A DNA stretch of 64,000 nt from an uncultured Gammaproteobacteria bacterium (GTDB lineage Bacteria > Pseudomonadota > Gammaproteobacteria > Steroidobacterales > GCA-2729495): contig CALNYJ010000004.1 of the NCBI GenBank assembly GCA_942490785.1, forward strand, positions 700,427 to 764,426, read 5' to 3'. How positions within the stretch are numbered: the first letter of the stretch is position 1; every line of letters begins with the position of its first letter. Made by a program: the position numbers and the translations under genes. The notes below the pieces were generated by a model. It was given only the letters and a program-made list of their open reading frames with translations. It had not been told where the DNA came from and ran no database searches. Below are positions 18,408 through 26,927 of the stretch, piece by piece.

Positions 18408-19931
18408 ATGAACGCCGCAGCCGAAACCTTTGCCATCTCCGACGCAACCCGGGAGTTCCTGGCGCGGGAGCATCAACTGTTTATCGACGGCAAATGGCAG
18501 CCCGCTTCGTCAGGTGAGACGTACGCCATTATCGATCCGGCCACCGAAGCACAGATTTCAACCATACAACTGGCGAACGAAGCCGATGTGGATAAAGCGG
18601 TGCAGGCTGCGCAACGCGCTTTTACCGGCGAATGGTCAAAACTCACGTCATACCAGCGCACGCGGATGATGCTGCGACTGGCAGATCTTATTGACGCCAA
18701 CATTCAGACGCTCGCCGAACTCGAAGTATTGGATAACGGCCTGCCGATGCTACTGGCGCAATACACCATCGCCGGTTACGGCGCCGAGTTCATGCGCTAC
18801 TACGCGGGCTGGGCCACCAAAATTCACGGCGACACCATTCCCGTTTCACCGGCGGGCGTGCGCAATGGAGAATCGCTCACCTACACGCGTCGCGAACCGA
18901 TTGGTGTGGTCGGGGCAATCATTCCGTGGAATGCACCGATTGCGATGTTTATTCTCAAAGTTGCGCCCGCACTCGCCACCGGTTGCACACTGGTGTTGAA
19001 GCCTGCCGAAATGACACCGCTGACCGCGCTCAAAATGTGCGAACTGATTAAAGAAGCCGGTATCCCCGACGGTGTTGTTAACGTGATTCCCGGCCTTGGG
19101 CAGGTTGCCGGCGAGGCAATGACCAAACACCCCGGCATCAAGAAGATTGCCTTTACCGGTTCCACCGCAGTTGGCAAACACATCGTCGAAAACGCCATTG
19201 CAGACCTCAAAAAAGTCACGCTGGAGCTGGGCGGCAAATCGCCCGTGGTGGTGTTCCCCGATGCCGATCTGCAGCAGGTTATTCCCGGTTGCGTGCGTGC
19301 CGCCTTCTTCCTGCAAGGCCAGAACTGCATGGCCGGCACCCGGCTGTTCGTGCACGAAAAAGTTTTTGACGAGGTAATTAACGGCATTGCCGCAGTGGCC
19401 AATTCCATGAAACTCGGCCCGGGCCTCGATCCGTCGTCGCAGCTGGGGCCGCTGATCTCGGCGCAACAGCGCGACCGGGTTATGGATTACATCCAGTCCG
19501 GCATTGATGAAGGTGCGACGCTGGTGTGCGGCGGTAAAGCACGCGAAGGCAAAGGCTTTTTTGTGGAGCCCACCCTGTTTACTCACACCGATCAGAATCT
19601 GCGCATTGCGCGCGAAGAAATTTTCGGGCCGGTGTTGTTCGCGATGCCATTCGGCGATGACGATCTCGAGAAAGTCGCAGCGCTGGCCAACGATTCCATC
19701 TACGGCCTGTCCGGCAGCGTGTGGACCAAAGACATTGCGACCGGTTTGAAGATGGCAGCGCTGATCGACTCCGGTCAGGTCAGTGTCAACTGCCACGCGG
19801 CCGTTGATCCGGCCATACCGTTCGGCGGCAACAAGATGTCGGGCTGGGGCCGTGAGTTCGGCGCCGAAGGTCTGGAACCTTATCTCAAGACCAAGGCCAC
19901 CACCGTGCTGCTGTCACCGCCGCCGTTCTGA
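18408..19931 (+). CDS. NAD(P)-dependent aldehyde dehydrogenase
   Basis: 507 aa with FTGSTAVGK, ELGGKSP and GQNCMAGTR (catalytic Cys). Confidence 0.85.
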   Translation: MNAAAETFAISDATREFLAREHQLFIDGKWQPASSGETYAIIDPATEAQISTIQLANEADVDKAVQAAQRAFTGEWSKLTSYQRTRMMLRLADLIDANIQTLAELEVLDNGLPMLLAQYTIAGYGAEFMRYYAGWATKIHGDTIPVSPAGVRNGESLTYTRREPIGVVGAIIPWNAPIAMFILKVAPALATGCTLVLKPAEMTPLTALKMCELIKEAGIPDGVVNVIPGLGQVAGEAMTKHPGIKKIAFTGSTAVGKHIVENAIADLKKVTLELGGKSPVVVFPDADLQQVIPGCVRAAFFLQGQNCMAGTRLFVHEKVFDEVINGIAAVANSMKLGPGLDPSSQLGPLISAQQRDRVMDYIQSGIDEGATLVCGGKAREGKGFFVEPTLFTHTDQNLRIAREEIFGPVLFAMPFGDDDLEKVAALANDSIYGLSGSVWTKDIATGLKMAALIDSGQVSVNCHAAVDPAIPFGGNKMSGWGREFGAEGLEPYLKTKATTVLLSPPPF

Positions 19932-19962
19932 TCCACTGGCTTCCCGGCAGCACTCTGGTATG

Positions 19963-20037
19963 GACCGAGCGGGGGATTGTCGTTGAGGCGAGTCGGAGCG
20001 CAGCGACCGAGCCGAAAGGACAATGCGCCGCTCGGTC
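19963..20037. repeat. imperfect 19-bp inverted repeat between convergent genes
   Basis: GACCGAGCGGgggATTGTC (19963-19981) pairs with GACAATgcgCCGCTCGGTC (20019-20037). It could be a terminator or a REP-like stem-loop. Confidence 0.45.
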
Positions 20038-20058
20038 AGCTATGGGCGGCGATGGGAG

Positions 20059-20766
20059 CTACCACGGAACCGTCACCCCATGCGCATCGATAAAGCGCCC
20101 CGAATCACGGCGTGTCAACGTCGGAAACAGCGCCTGCTGATCGCGGACGCTGTCGGCGGTTTCCACCGGTGCATCCATGCCGCCCAAATCCGTTTTGCAC
20201 CAACCCGGAGCCATCGCGATCACCACAACATCGCTCCATTCCGCACCCATACCGCGGGTCAGCATGTTCAGCCCCGCCTTGCTGGATCGATAGGCATATG
20301 AACTGCCCTGGTTGTGCTTGATAGACGCGAGACCGCTCGACATATTGACTATCAGCTTCATGTCGCTGGCTGCCACGTGCTCGTGAAAGGCCACGGCAAC
20401 TTTAAACGGCGACAGCAAATTCACTTCGAGAATGTCGCGCCAGATACCGTAATCCATGTTGCCGAGGCTCTGGTAGGCCATCCCGGCGGGCGCACCCTGC
20501 GGACCAAAAGTGCCGGCGTTGTTGAGCAGCACATCAATCGGCACATCAATTAACCGTTGTGCCAGCGCGTCCACCGCAGCGTGATCGGTCACTTCCAGAG
20601 CATGCACCTGGACGGTGTCCGGATACGCGCTAAGCAACGCCTGCAAATCATCGGCCGCCACCGGCCGGCGCGCGCAGGCGTGCACGATCCAGCCTTTGGC
20701 AGCGTATTGGCGGGCGTGCTCCAGCCCGATACCGCGGTTCGCGCCGGTGATCAGAACAGTCGACAT
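20059..20766 (-). CDS. short-chain dehydrogenase/reductase (SDR)
   Basis: 235 aa with TGANRGIG, NNAG and YRSSKAG. Same subfamily as 17527..18240. Confidence 0.75.
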   Translation of the reverse strand: MSTVLITGANRGIGLEHARQYAAKGWIVHACARRPVAADDLQALLSAYPDTVQVHALEVTDHAAVDALAQRLIDVPIDVLLNNAGTFGPQGAPAGMAYQSLGNMDYGIWRDILEVNLLSPFKVAVAFHEHVAASDMKLIVNMSSGLASIKHNQGSSYAYRSSKAGLNMLTRGMGAEWSDVVVIAMAPGWCKTDLGGMDAPVETADSVRDQQALFPTLTRRDSGRFIDAHGVTVPW

Positions 20767-21810
20767 CTACTCGCCTCCCGCAACCGGGTTTTCACCGTGC
20801 ATCATGCGTCGGTAAAACGGCGTGGCGAACAGTGATGCCGGGTATGTGGCCGGCGGCGGTGCCAGCTTATCGAGTTGGTCAATCTGCTCGGCTGTTAGCT
20901 GCAGATTCAGACACGCCATGTTGTCGTCAAATTGTTGCACGGTGCGGGCACCCAGGATCGGAATCACCTCCCCCTGCGGCCGCTGGCGCAACCACGCCAA
21001 CGCCAGCTGTGGCGTGCTGCAACCGATCTGCTGCGCCAGCCTGCTGACCCCCTCCGCGATCGCCAGCCGGTGTTCAGCCAGCATCGCCGGCCCGTATTCA
21101 GCCTGCTTGAGGCGACTGCCGTCGAGGTCGGTCGTATCGGCATCGCGATTGAATTTGCCGGTCAGCAAACCGCCGGCCAGCGGGCTCCACGCCAGCACCG
21201 CCATGTCCTGCTGCGCACACAAATCGAAAAAATCCGCTTCGATGGAACGCTCAACCAGGTTGTAGTGCATCTGGACGGCGGTAAACGGCGTCAGGCCGCG
21301 CTCCTCGGCAAGGGTATTGGCCCGACTGATCAGCCATGCGGGCATGTTCGAAACCCCTGCGTGCAAGATCTTGCCCGCCCGGACCAGATCGTCCAGGGCG
21401 CGCATGACCTCGTCAATCCGGGTCAGCTGATCCCAGCCGTGCACCCAGTACAAATCCAGATAGTCGGTGTCCAGGCGGCGCAGGCTGGCCTCCAGTGCCT
21501 GCACCATGTTTTTGCGGTGATTGCCGCTCAGGTTCGGCTCGGCAGGGTTCATGCTCATGCTGTACTTACTCGCCAGCACCAGCGCGTCGCGGTCTTCGCG
21601 GATAAACCCGGCCAGCATGCGCTCGCTGGTGCCCGCGTTATAAATGTTCGCGGTATCGATAAAATTGCCGCCCGCCTCGCGGTAGCCATCAAAAATTTTT
21701 CTCGAGACGGCTTCCGACGCGCCGAAGTTGAATTCTTCGCCGAAGGTCATCGCGCCCAGACAGAGTTCGGAAACCCGCAGCCCACTTCTACCTAATACTC
21801 TATATTTCAT
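20767..21810 (-). CDS. aldo/keto reductase
   Basis: 347 aa. MKYRVLGRSGLRVSELCLGAMTFG...FIDTANIY is the classic AKR N-terminus. It abuts the downstream SDR gene. Confidence 0.8.
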   Translation of the reverse strand: MKYRVLGRSGLRVSELCLGAMTFGEEFNFGASEAVSRKIFDGYREAGGNFIDTANIYNAGTSERMLAGFIREDRDALVLASKYSMSMNPAEPNLSGNHRKNMVQALEASLRRLDTDYLDLYWVHGWDQLTRIDEVMRALDDLVRAGKILHAGVSNMPAWLISRANTLAEERGLTPFTAVQMHYNLVERSIEADFFDLCAQQDMAVLAWSPLAGGLLTGKFNRDADTTDLDGSRLKQAEYGPAMLAEHRLAIAEGVSRLAQQIGCSTPQLALAWLRQRPQGEVIPILGARTVQQFDDNMACLNLQLTAEQIDQLDKLAPPPATYPASLFATPFYRRMMHGENPVAGGE

Positions 21811-21884
21811 ATATTTGTCTTGCTTTTCTAAACTGATTATTGGTTGTGAGCATGCCCTTTACAGGCATAAACCACGTCGATTTC

Positions 21885-21933
21885 CGGGCAAAAACAGGAT
21901 TTGCATAGCACGGGCCGTCTGCATTTTTGCCCG
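21885..21933. repeat. 10-bp perfect inverted repeat with a 29-nt spacer in the AKR/MscS divergent intergenic region
   Basis: CGGGCAAAAA (21885-21894) and TTTTTGCCCG (21924-21933), read directly. Confidence 0.5.
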
Positions 21934-22025
21934 ACAGCGCGCAAAACGCTACATTCACGTTCCCGATGAGCCTGGTGACCCTGAAAAACCTGTGCTCAAG
22001 AATAACAAGCCACAGGAAGACAACA

Positions 22026-22913
22026 ATGGAAGAACAGTCACCCACCGCGATCGAGCAGGCGGCGGAAGCCGCCCTCAGTGTAGAAAGCCCTGAAGAGGCG
22101 CTGACCCTGTTAGAGAATAGCTGGCCGCTGCTGCAGCAATACGGCCTGAACGTATTCTGGGCGATCGTCATATTTGTTTTGGGGCGCTGGATTGCGCAGC
22201 GGCTCACCAAAGCGCTGGGCAAAGCCCTGGCCAAGACCGACATGGAAGACACGCTGGAGCGCTTCCTGTGCAACATGGCCTACGCGGTGCTGATGGCGGT
22301 GGTCATCATCGCGGCCATTGGCAAGCTGGGCGTCGAAACCACTTCGGTTCTGGCGATCTTCGGTGCCGCCGGCCTGGCCGTTGGTCTGGCCTTGCAGGGC
22401 TCGCTGTCAAACTTTGCAGCCGGTGTGCTGATTGTGGCCTTCAGGCCCTATAAAGTGGGCGACTTCATCGAAGCCGGTGGCCAGACCGGCACCGTGGATG
22501 AAGTGCAGATCTTCACCACCACACTCAAATCGCCGGACAACAAGAAAATCATCGTCCCGAATTCGCAGATCATGAGCGGCACGATAACCAATTACTCGGC
22601 GCTGGGAACTCGGCGCGTGGACATGGTCTTTGGGTGCAGCTATGACGACGACGTTGATACGGCCTTTCGCGTTCTGCAGGGCATTGTCGAAGCCGACAGC
22701 CGCATTCTGGACGAACCGGCACCCACGATTGCGCTCAACGAGCTGGCCGACAGCAGCGTGAACTTTATCGTGCGTCCGTGGGTAAACAGTGCCGACTACT
22801 GGGACGTTTACAACGACGTCACCGAGCAGGTCAAACGCAAGTTTGACGAAGCCGGGCTGAACATCCCCTATCCGCAGCGGGACGTTCATATGTATCACCA
22901 CAATGAGAGCTAG
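22026..22913 (+). CDS. small-conductance mechanosensitive channel (MscS family)
   Basis: The C-terminal two-thirds match the MscS core (GAAGLAVGLALQGSLSNFAAGVLIV, VGDFIE, GTV..V.IFTT). I prefer the start at ATG 22026, which is preceded by AGGAAGA, over the track start at 21927. Confidence 0.75.
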   Translation: MEEQSPTAIEQAAEAALSVESPEEALTLLENSWPLLQQYGLNVFWAIVIFVLGRWIAQRLTKALGKALAKTDMEDTLERFLCNMAYAVLMAVVIIAAIGKLGVETTSVLAIFGAAGLAVGLALQGSLSNFAAGVLIVAFRPYKVGDFIEAGGQTGTVDEVQIFTTTLKSPDNKKIIVPNSQIMSGTITNYSALGTRRVDMVFGCSYDDDVDTAFRVLQGIVEADSRILDEPAPTIALNELADSSVNFIVRPWVNSADYWDVYNDVTEQVKRKFDEAGLNIPYPQRDVHMYHHNES

Positions 22914-23443
22914 CGCGTATTCCGCAACAAATACTCGATAATCATTTCGTCGCGTTCAGCGCTTTTCTCGTAACCGATCATGGGCGGGTAACGCATACGG
23001 TTACCCGGCACCATGCCGGACGGGTCAGCTATGAACTGGCGCATCAGTTCGGGTGTCCAGACGAATCCTGATTCGCGCAGTTCAACGAAAGATTCAGAAT
23101 ATGGGAAATGGTCCACCACGGATGCGGGCTGGCCGAATATCCGGTAAAGATTCGGGCCGACGCGATTGTGGCCACCCTGATCAAGCGTGTGGCAGAAACG
23201 ACACCACGTAAAGGCTTCCTTCTGGGCAGCCAGCTCCTCGGGCGTGCGCTCGGGGAGTGCCGTGGCGTAATAGTCGGGCAGATTCTTGCCTTCGAGAAAC
23301 TGCGCTATCTCAGCATCGCTGAACTCTGCATCGGAATTAAAGGGTGTTACACCAAACCAGACGTAGGGGAAAAAAAGCGCCAGGGCGAGCAACCCGCCCA
23401 ATACGCCGACATGAAACAATCGCGCGCCGGTTGATACGCTCAT
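22910..23443 (-). CDS. membrane-anchored monohaem c-type cytochrome
   Basis: The haem-binding motif CRFCH is followed by GPNLY and MRYPPM (class I cytochrome c-like). There is an N-terminal TM anchor. I prefer the start at MSVSTGARLF, where ATG overlaps the upstream stop (TGATG). Confidence 0.6.
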   Translation of the reverse strand: MSVSTGARLFHVGVLGGLLALALFFPYVWFGVTPFNSDAEFSDAEIAQFLEGKNLPDYYATALPERTPEELAAQKEAFTWCRFCHTLDQGGHNRVGPNLYRIFGQPASVVDHFPYSESFVELRESGFVWTPELMRQFIADPSGMVPGNRMRYPPMIGYEKSAERDEMIIEYLLRNTR

Positions 23444-23985
23444 CAGACTTTCTCCCCGGGAAACAGTCGCCGCCAGCCGCTCTGATACTTGCGGTTCTGC
23501 CAGAAACCCACCGCTATCCATAAGCAGAACAACATCAGGTAATAAAACGCAAAGGCACTGTGCGGGTAACCGGTGGCCTTACGCAGGTTTTCACTGGTAT
23601 CGACCAGCTGCGGAAAAATGGCACCAAAAAAATTGACCGAGCGACCCTCGCCCCATGCGTAAAAAATGCCAATCAGGAACTCGAGCGCGAACACCAATAT
23701 CAGCATAAACAGTATGGCGCGACTGAAGGCAAAGGAATCTTCGGGCATACCTTGCGGGGGCTGAGGCCTGGGGCCTTTAACGAACCAGTACAGGCGTATC
23801 CAGCACAAAATGCCGACTACCAGGCCCAGGCTGTCATGCCAGAGCTGCATGCCCTCGCGCTCCCCCAGCGGGGTGCGCGGTAGATTGATAATGTTGAAAA
23901 ACAGAATGAAAAAGGTCACGAAGATGGCCCAACCCAACACGGTTGCGGTGCGGTCTTGTAACCCGGGTGCTAATCGCTCGGACAT
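23443..23985 (-). CDS. 4-TM membrane protein, possibly cytochrome b561-like
   Basis: About 180 aa from MSERLAPG, with an AAGGAA Shine-Dalgarno. Four hydrophobic helices with His in helices 2 and 4 (LWHDS, YPHSAF). Only two conserved-looking His residues, so the haem-b assignment is weak. Confidence 0.35.
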   Translation of the reverse strand: MSERLAPGLQDRTATVLGWAIFVTFFILFFNIINLPRTPLGEREGMQLWHDSLGLVVGILCWIRLYWFVKGPRPQPPQGMPEDSFAFSRAILFMLILVFALEFLIGIFYAWGEGRSVNFFGAIFPQLVDTSENLRKATGYPHSAFAFYYLMLFCLWIAVGFWQNRKYQSGWRRLFPGEKV

Positions 23986-24209
23986 TGCTATTCCTTGCCG
24001 TGGTATCCGGGGCGCAATAGTAGCCCAGCCCGCCCCCCTCTTGCAGCACAGCAATGCGCGTCAGGCCGGGTGTGATCGGAACAGCGTGCACCTGCCGTGT
24101 GTATCAACTTGTAACATTTGACCGTTCACCTATTGGAAATAGAGAGAGTCCAGATTACTATGACCGCCTGTCGGATGAGCCGCAGGGCCAGTAAGAGAGC
24201 TGAATATCC

Positions 24210-25022
24210 ATGAGTTCTACCCGCCCAATTAGAGCCTTATTGCGAGGACTTGAAGTACTACATGTACTTAATCGCCATAACGGCGCCACCGTTTCTGAAG
24301 TCGCCGGCGAAATCGATCTGCCGCGCACCACCACGTACCGGATCCTGGAGACCCTGTGCGTGGCAGGCTATGCCTATCGAGCTGCCAGCGACGAACGCTA
24401 CCGGCTGACCATCATGGTGCGGGGCCTGAGCGACGGATTCGATGACGAAGCCTGGATAACCCTGGTCGCCCGTGAATACATGTATGCCCTGTGTCATGAG
24501 CTGATCTGGCCTTGTGCAATCGCCACGCTGTCCGGCAATACCATGCTGGTGCGTCAGACCACCGATCACCGCAGCCCGCTGGCGGTTGAGAAACGCGGCC
24601 CCGGCTTTCGGGTTGAAATACTGGGGTCGGCAGCCGGGCTTTGCTATCTGGCGTTTTGCCCCAAGGAACAGCGCGACACCTTGCTGGAAATTCTGGCCCG
24701 CTCCAAGGATGACGTGAGCGCACCGGCCCGCAACAAGAAATTGATCTACGAGACACTGGTCGAAGCCCGCAAGCGTGGCTTCGCGCTCTGGCATCGCCGC
24801 CGCCGGGTGTCGGACGAAACCAGCGTCGCTGTGCCGATCGTGGTGGCCGACAGGCTGCTTGCGGTGTTAACCATGCGCTTTGCCAGCACCGCCGTATCCG
24901 AGCAGGAAGCGATCGAACGCTTTGTCCCCCGTCTGCAGAATACCGCGCACGAAATCGCCGCGGAATTCCTGCGCCAGCATCAGCGCGACCCGATTGAGTC
25001 GCCGCTGAAGCGGGACGAGTAA
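24210..25022 (+). CDS. IclR-family transcriptional regulator
   Basis: 270 aa. An N-terminal winged HTH (LRGLEVLHVLNRHNGATVSEVAGEIDLPRTTTYRILETL) is followed by an IclR effector domain. Confidence 0.8.
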   Translation: MSSTRPIRALLRGLEVLHVLNRHNGATVSEVAGEIDLPRTTTYRILETLCVAGYAYRAASDERYRLTIMVRGLSDGFDDEAWITLVAREYMYALCHELIWPCAIATLSGNTMLVRQTTDHRSPLAVEKRGPGFRVEILGSAAGLCYLAFCPKEQRDTLLEILARSKDDVSAPARNKKLIYETLVEARKRGFALWHRRRRVSDETSVAVPIVVADRLLAVLTMRFASTAVSEQEAIERFVPRLQNTAHEIAAEFLRQHQRDPIESPLKRDE

Positions 25023-25041
25023 ACGTCCCGCTGCAACGCTG

Positions 25042-26910
25042 TTAGCGGAAAACCGGCTGCACCGGCGGCTCGAGCCCGGTCTCGGCCAGACAGGTAGCCC
25101 GCAATTCTTCGATAGACGGCCCGGTATTAAAGACACCCACCTCGCCTCGAGCGGCGCGCATTTCGGCGCGCAGCTTGTCGGTAGCGGCCTCGTCAACGGC
25201 GCCGTCTTTGATGACAACGCCGTAGTCACGAGCGCCCTCAACCGTTGCCAGTACGCGCTTGACGTCAGCCAGCACCAATTGCGGATCGCGCTTGAGCGGA
25301 TCGCCCCAACCGCCGCCGCCCCAGGTGTTGAAGTACAGCAAATCGCCGGCCTGCACCTTGATGCCGTCGCACTTCGAGGGCAGCCATTCTTCGCTACCGT
25401 CAATGCGCACAATCTTCTTGGTGGATCGCATACCGACCTGCCCGCCGAGTACGCCCCACGGATAGACCAGCCAGCGCTCGTCGTGAATACCAATGGCCCC
25501 ATCGGACAGGAAGCGATAAGCCACACTCAGACCGTTACCGCCGCGGTGCAAGCCTGCGCCGCCTGAATCAGGAATTGTCTCGTAACGCTCGATACGCAGC
25601 GGGAAATACGATTCAATAAATTCGTTCGGCACGTTCGTAAACCCTGGCCACAGCGAATGGCCGTCCGGGCCGTCGCCGGCCGGCCGGCCGGGAACCCCGC
25701 CAAAACCGATCTGGAACAACTGGAACCATTCGTTGTTCTTGCCTTCACGCGTGTCGTAACCCGAATAGAACAAATGCGGCGAATCCGAGAAGCCAGCGGC
25801 ATTAAGCATCTGCTCCGGCGCACCGGAACCCAGCAAAGCACCGAGCACGTCAAAAATACGGCCCAATGCATGCGTGCGGCCTGAAATCGCAGCCGGGAAT
25901 TTCGGCTTCAGCAGCGTACCTTCGGGGATGTATACGTCGACGAGGTCATAGAATCCGTCGTTAAACACAATGTGCGGATCAACCACGTTAATGGTGAACG
26001 AACCGAAGAACATCTTGAACATGTCCTCGTTCAGGTAAAAGTTCACCGAACTCTGCGCCTGCGGATCAGTGCCTGAGAAGTCGAAGTGCGCAACGTCGCC
26101 TTCACGCCACATCTTGCATTTGATCTTGTAAGGCCCCATGCCCATGCCGTCATCGCACAGATAATCTTCGAAGGTGCGCGGTTCTTCCGGAATGAAGTTC
26201 TGAATAATGAACTTCATGGCGTTGTAGTTACGCTCCAGCATGATGTCCATGGCGCTGAACAGCACGTCGTCACCAAAGCGGTTGGCCATTTCCACGCAAC
26301 GTTTTCCAGCCGTGTTACAGGCCGCTACCAGGGCGTTCAGGTCGAAACGGTTCCACTGCGAGGTGCGAACGTTGTGCAGAATGAGTTCCAGTATGTCGGA
26401 CTGCAATACGCCCTTCTTGTAGAGTTTGATGGGCGGAATCCGGATACCTTCCTGATAGATGTTGGTGGCCTCAATCGGAATCGAGCCCGGCACCATGCCG
26501 CCGTTGTCGGACATATGGCCAAACATCGCTGTCCATGCAATATGACGACCGTCCTTGAACACGGGCTTCAAAACAATCCAGTCGGGCAGGTGAGACACCG
26601 CTGCATTACACATGTACGGATCGTTGGTGAGGATAATGTCGCCTTCCTCGATCTCGTCGTTATAGGCCTCCATGAAGGGGCCGATAAACGAACCGAACTG
26701 GCCGACGACCATCTTGCCGTCTTTGTTCGCAATCATCGGGAAGCAGTCGCCCTGCTCGCGAATGCCCGGCGACATGGCGGTGCGGAACAACACCGCGTCC
26801 ATCTCGATACGCGCATTCTTAAGCGCGTTCTCGATAATGTCAGCGGTTACGCCTTCAACCTCGACTTTCTTGAGAGGAGTGTTATTGGTTTCGATAATTC
26901 TTGCAGTCAT
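25042..26910 (-). CDS. hydantoinase B/oxoprolinase family protein (HyuB-like)
   Basis: 622 aa. The N-terminus ...DIIENALKNARIEMDAVLFRTAMSPGIREQGDCFPMI is typical of the HyuB/acetone-carboxylase-alpha-like family. Confidence 0.8.
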   Translation of the reverse strand: MTARIIETNNTPLKKVEVEGVTADIIENALKNARIEMDAVLFRTAMSPGIREQGDCFPMIANKDGKMVVGQFGSFIGPFMEAYNDEIEEGDIILTNDPYMCNAAVSHLPDWIVLKPVFKDGRHIAWTAMFGHMSDNGGMVPGSIPIEATNIYQEGIRIPPIKLYKKGVLQSDILELILHNVRTSQWNRFDLNALVAACNTAGKRCVEMANRFGDDVLFSAMDIMLERNYNAMKFIIQNFIPEEPRTFEDYLCDDGMGMGPYKIKCKMWREGDVAHFDFSGTDPQAQSSVNFYLNEDMFKMFFGSFTINVVDPHIVFNDGFYDLVDVYIPEGTLLKPKFPAAISGRTHALGRIFDVLGALLGSGAPEQMLNAAGFSDSPHLFYSGYDTREGKNNEWFQLFQIGFGGVPGRPAGDGPDGHSLWPGFTNVPNEFIESYFPLRIERYETIPDSGGAGLHRGGNGLSVAYRFLSDGAIGIHDERWLVYPWGVLGGQVGMRSTKKIVRIDGSEEWLPSKCDGIKVQAGDLLYFNTWGGGGWGDPLKRDPQLVLADVKRVLATVEGARDYGVVIKDGAVDEAATDKLRAEMRAARGEVGVFNTGPSIEELRATCLAETGLEPPVQPVFR

Positions 26911-26927
26911 GAGTTCTCTCCTCTGCC

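Noticed and set aside
22910-22913. Convergent gene pairs sharing a palindromic CTAG, so that both strands read a TAG stop (22910-22913 and again 32321-32324).
   Set aside because: A real but trivial consequence of TAG being its own near-complement within CTAG. No functional implication that I can support.
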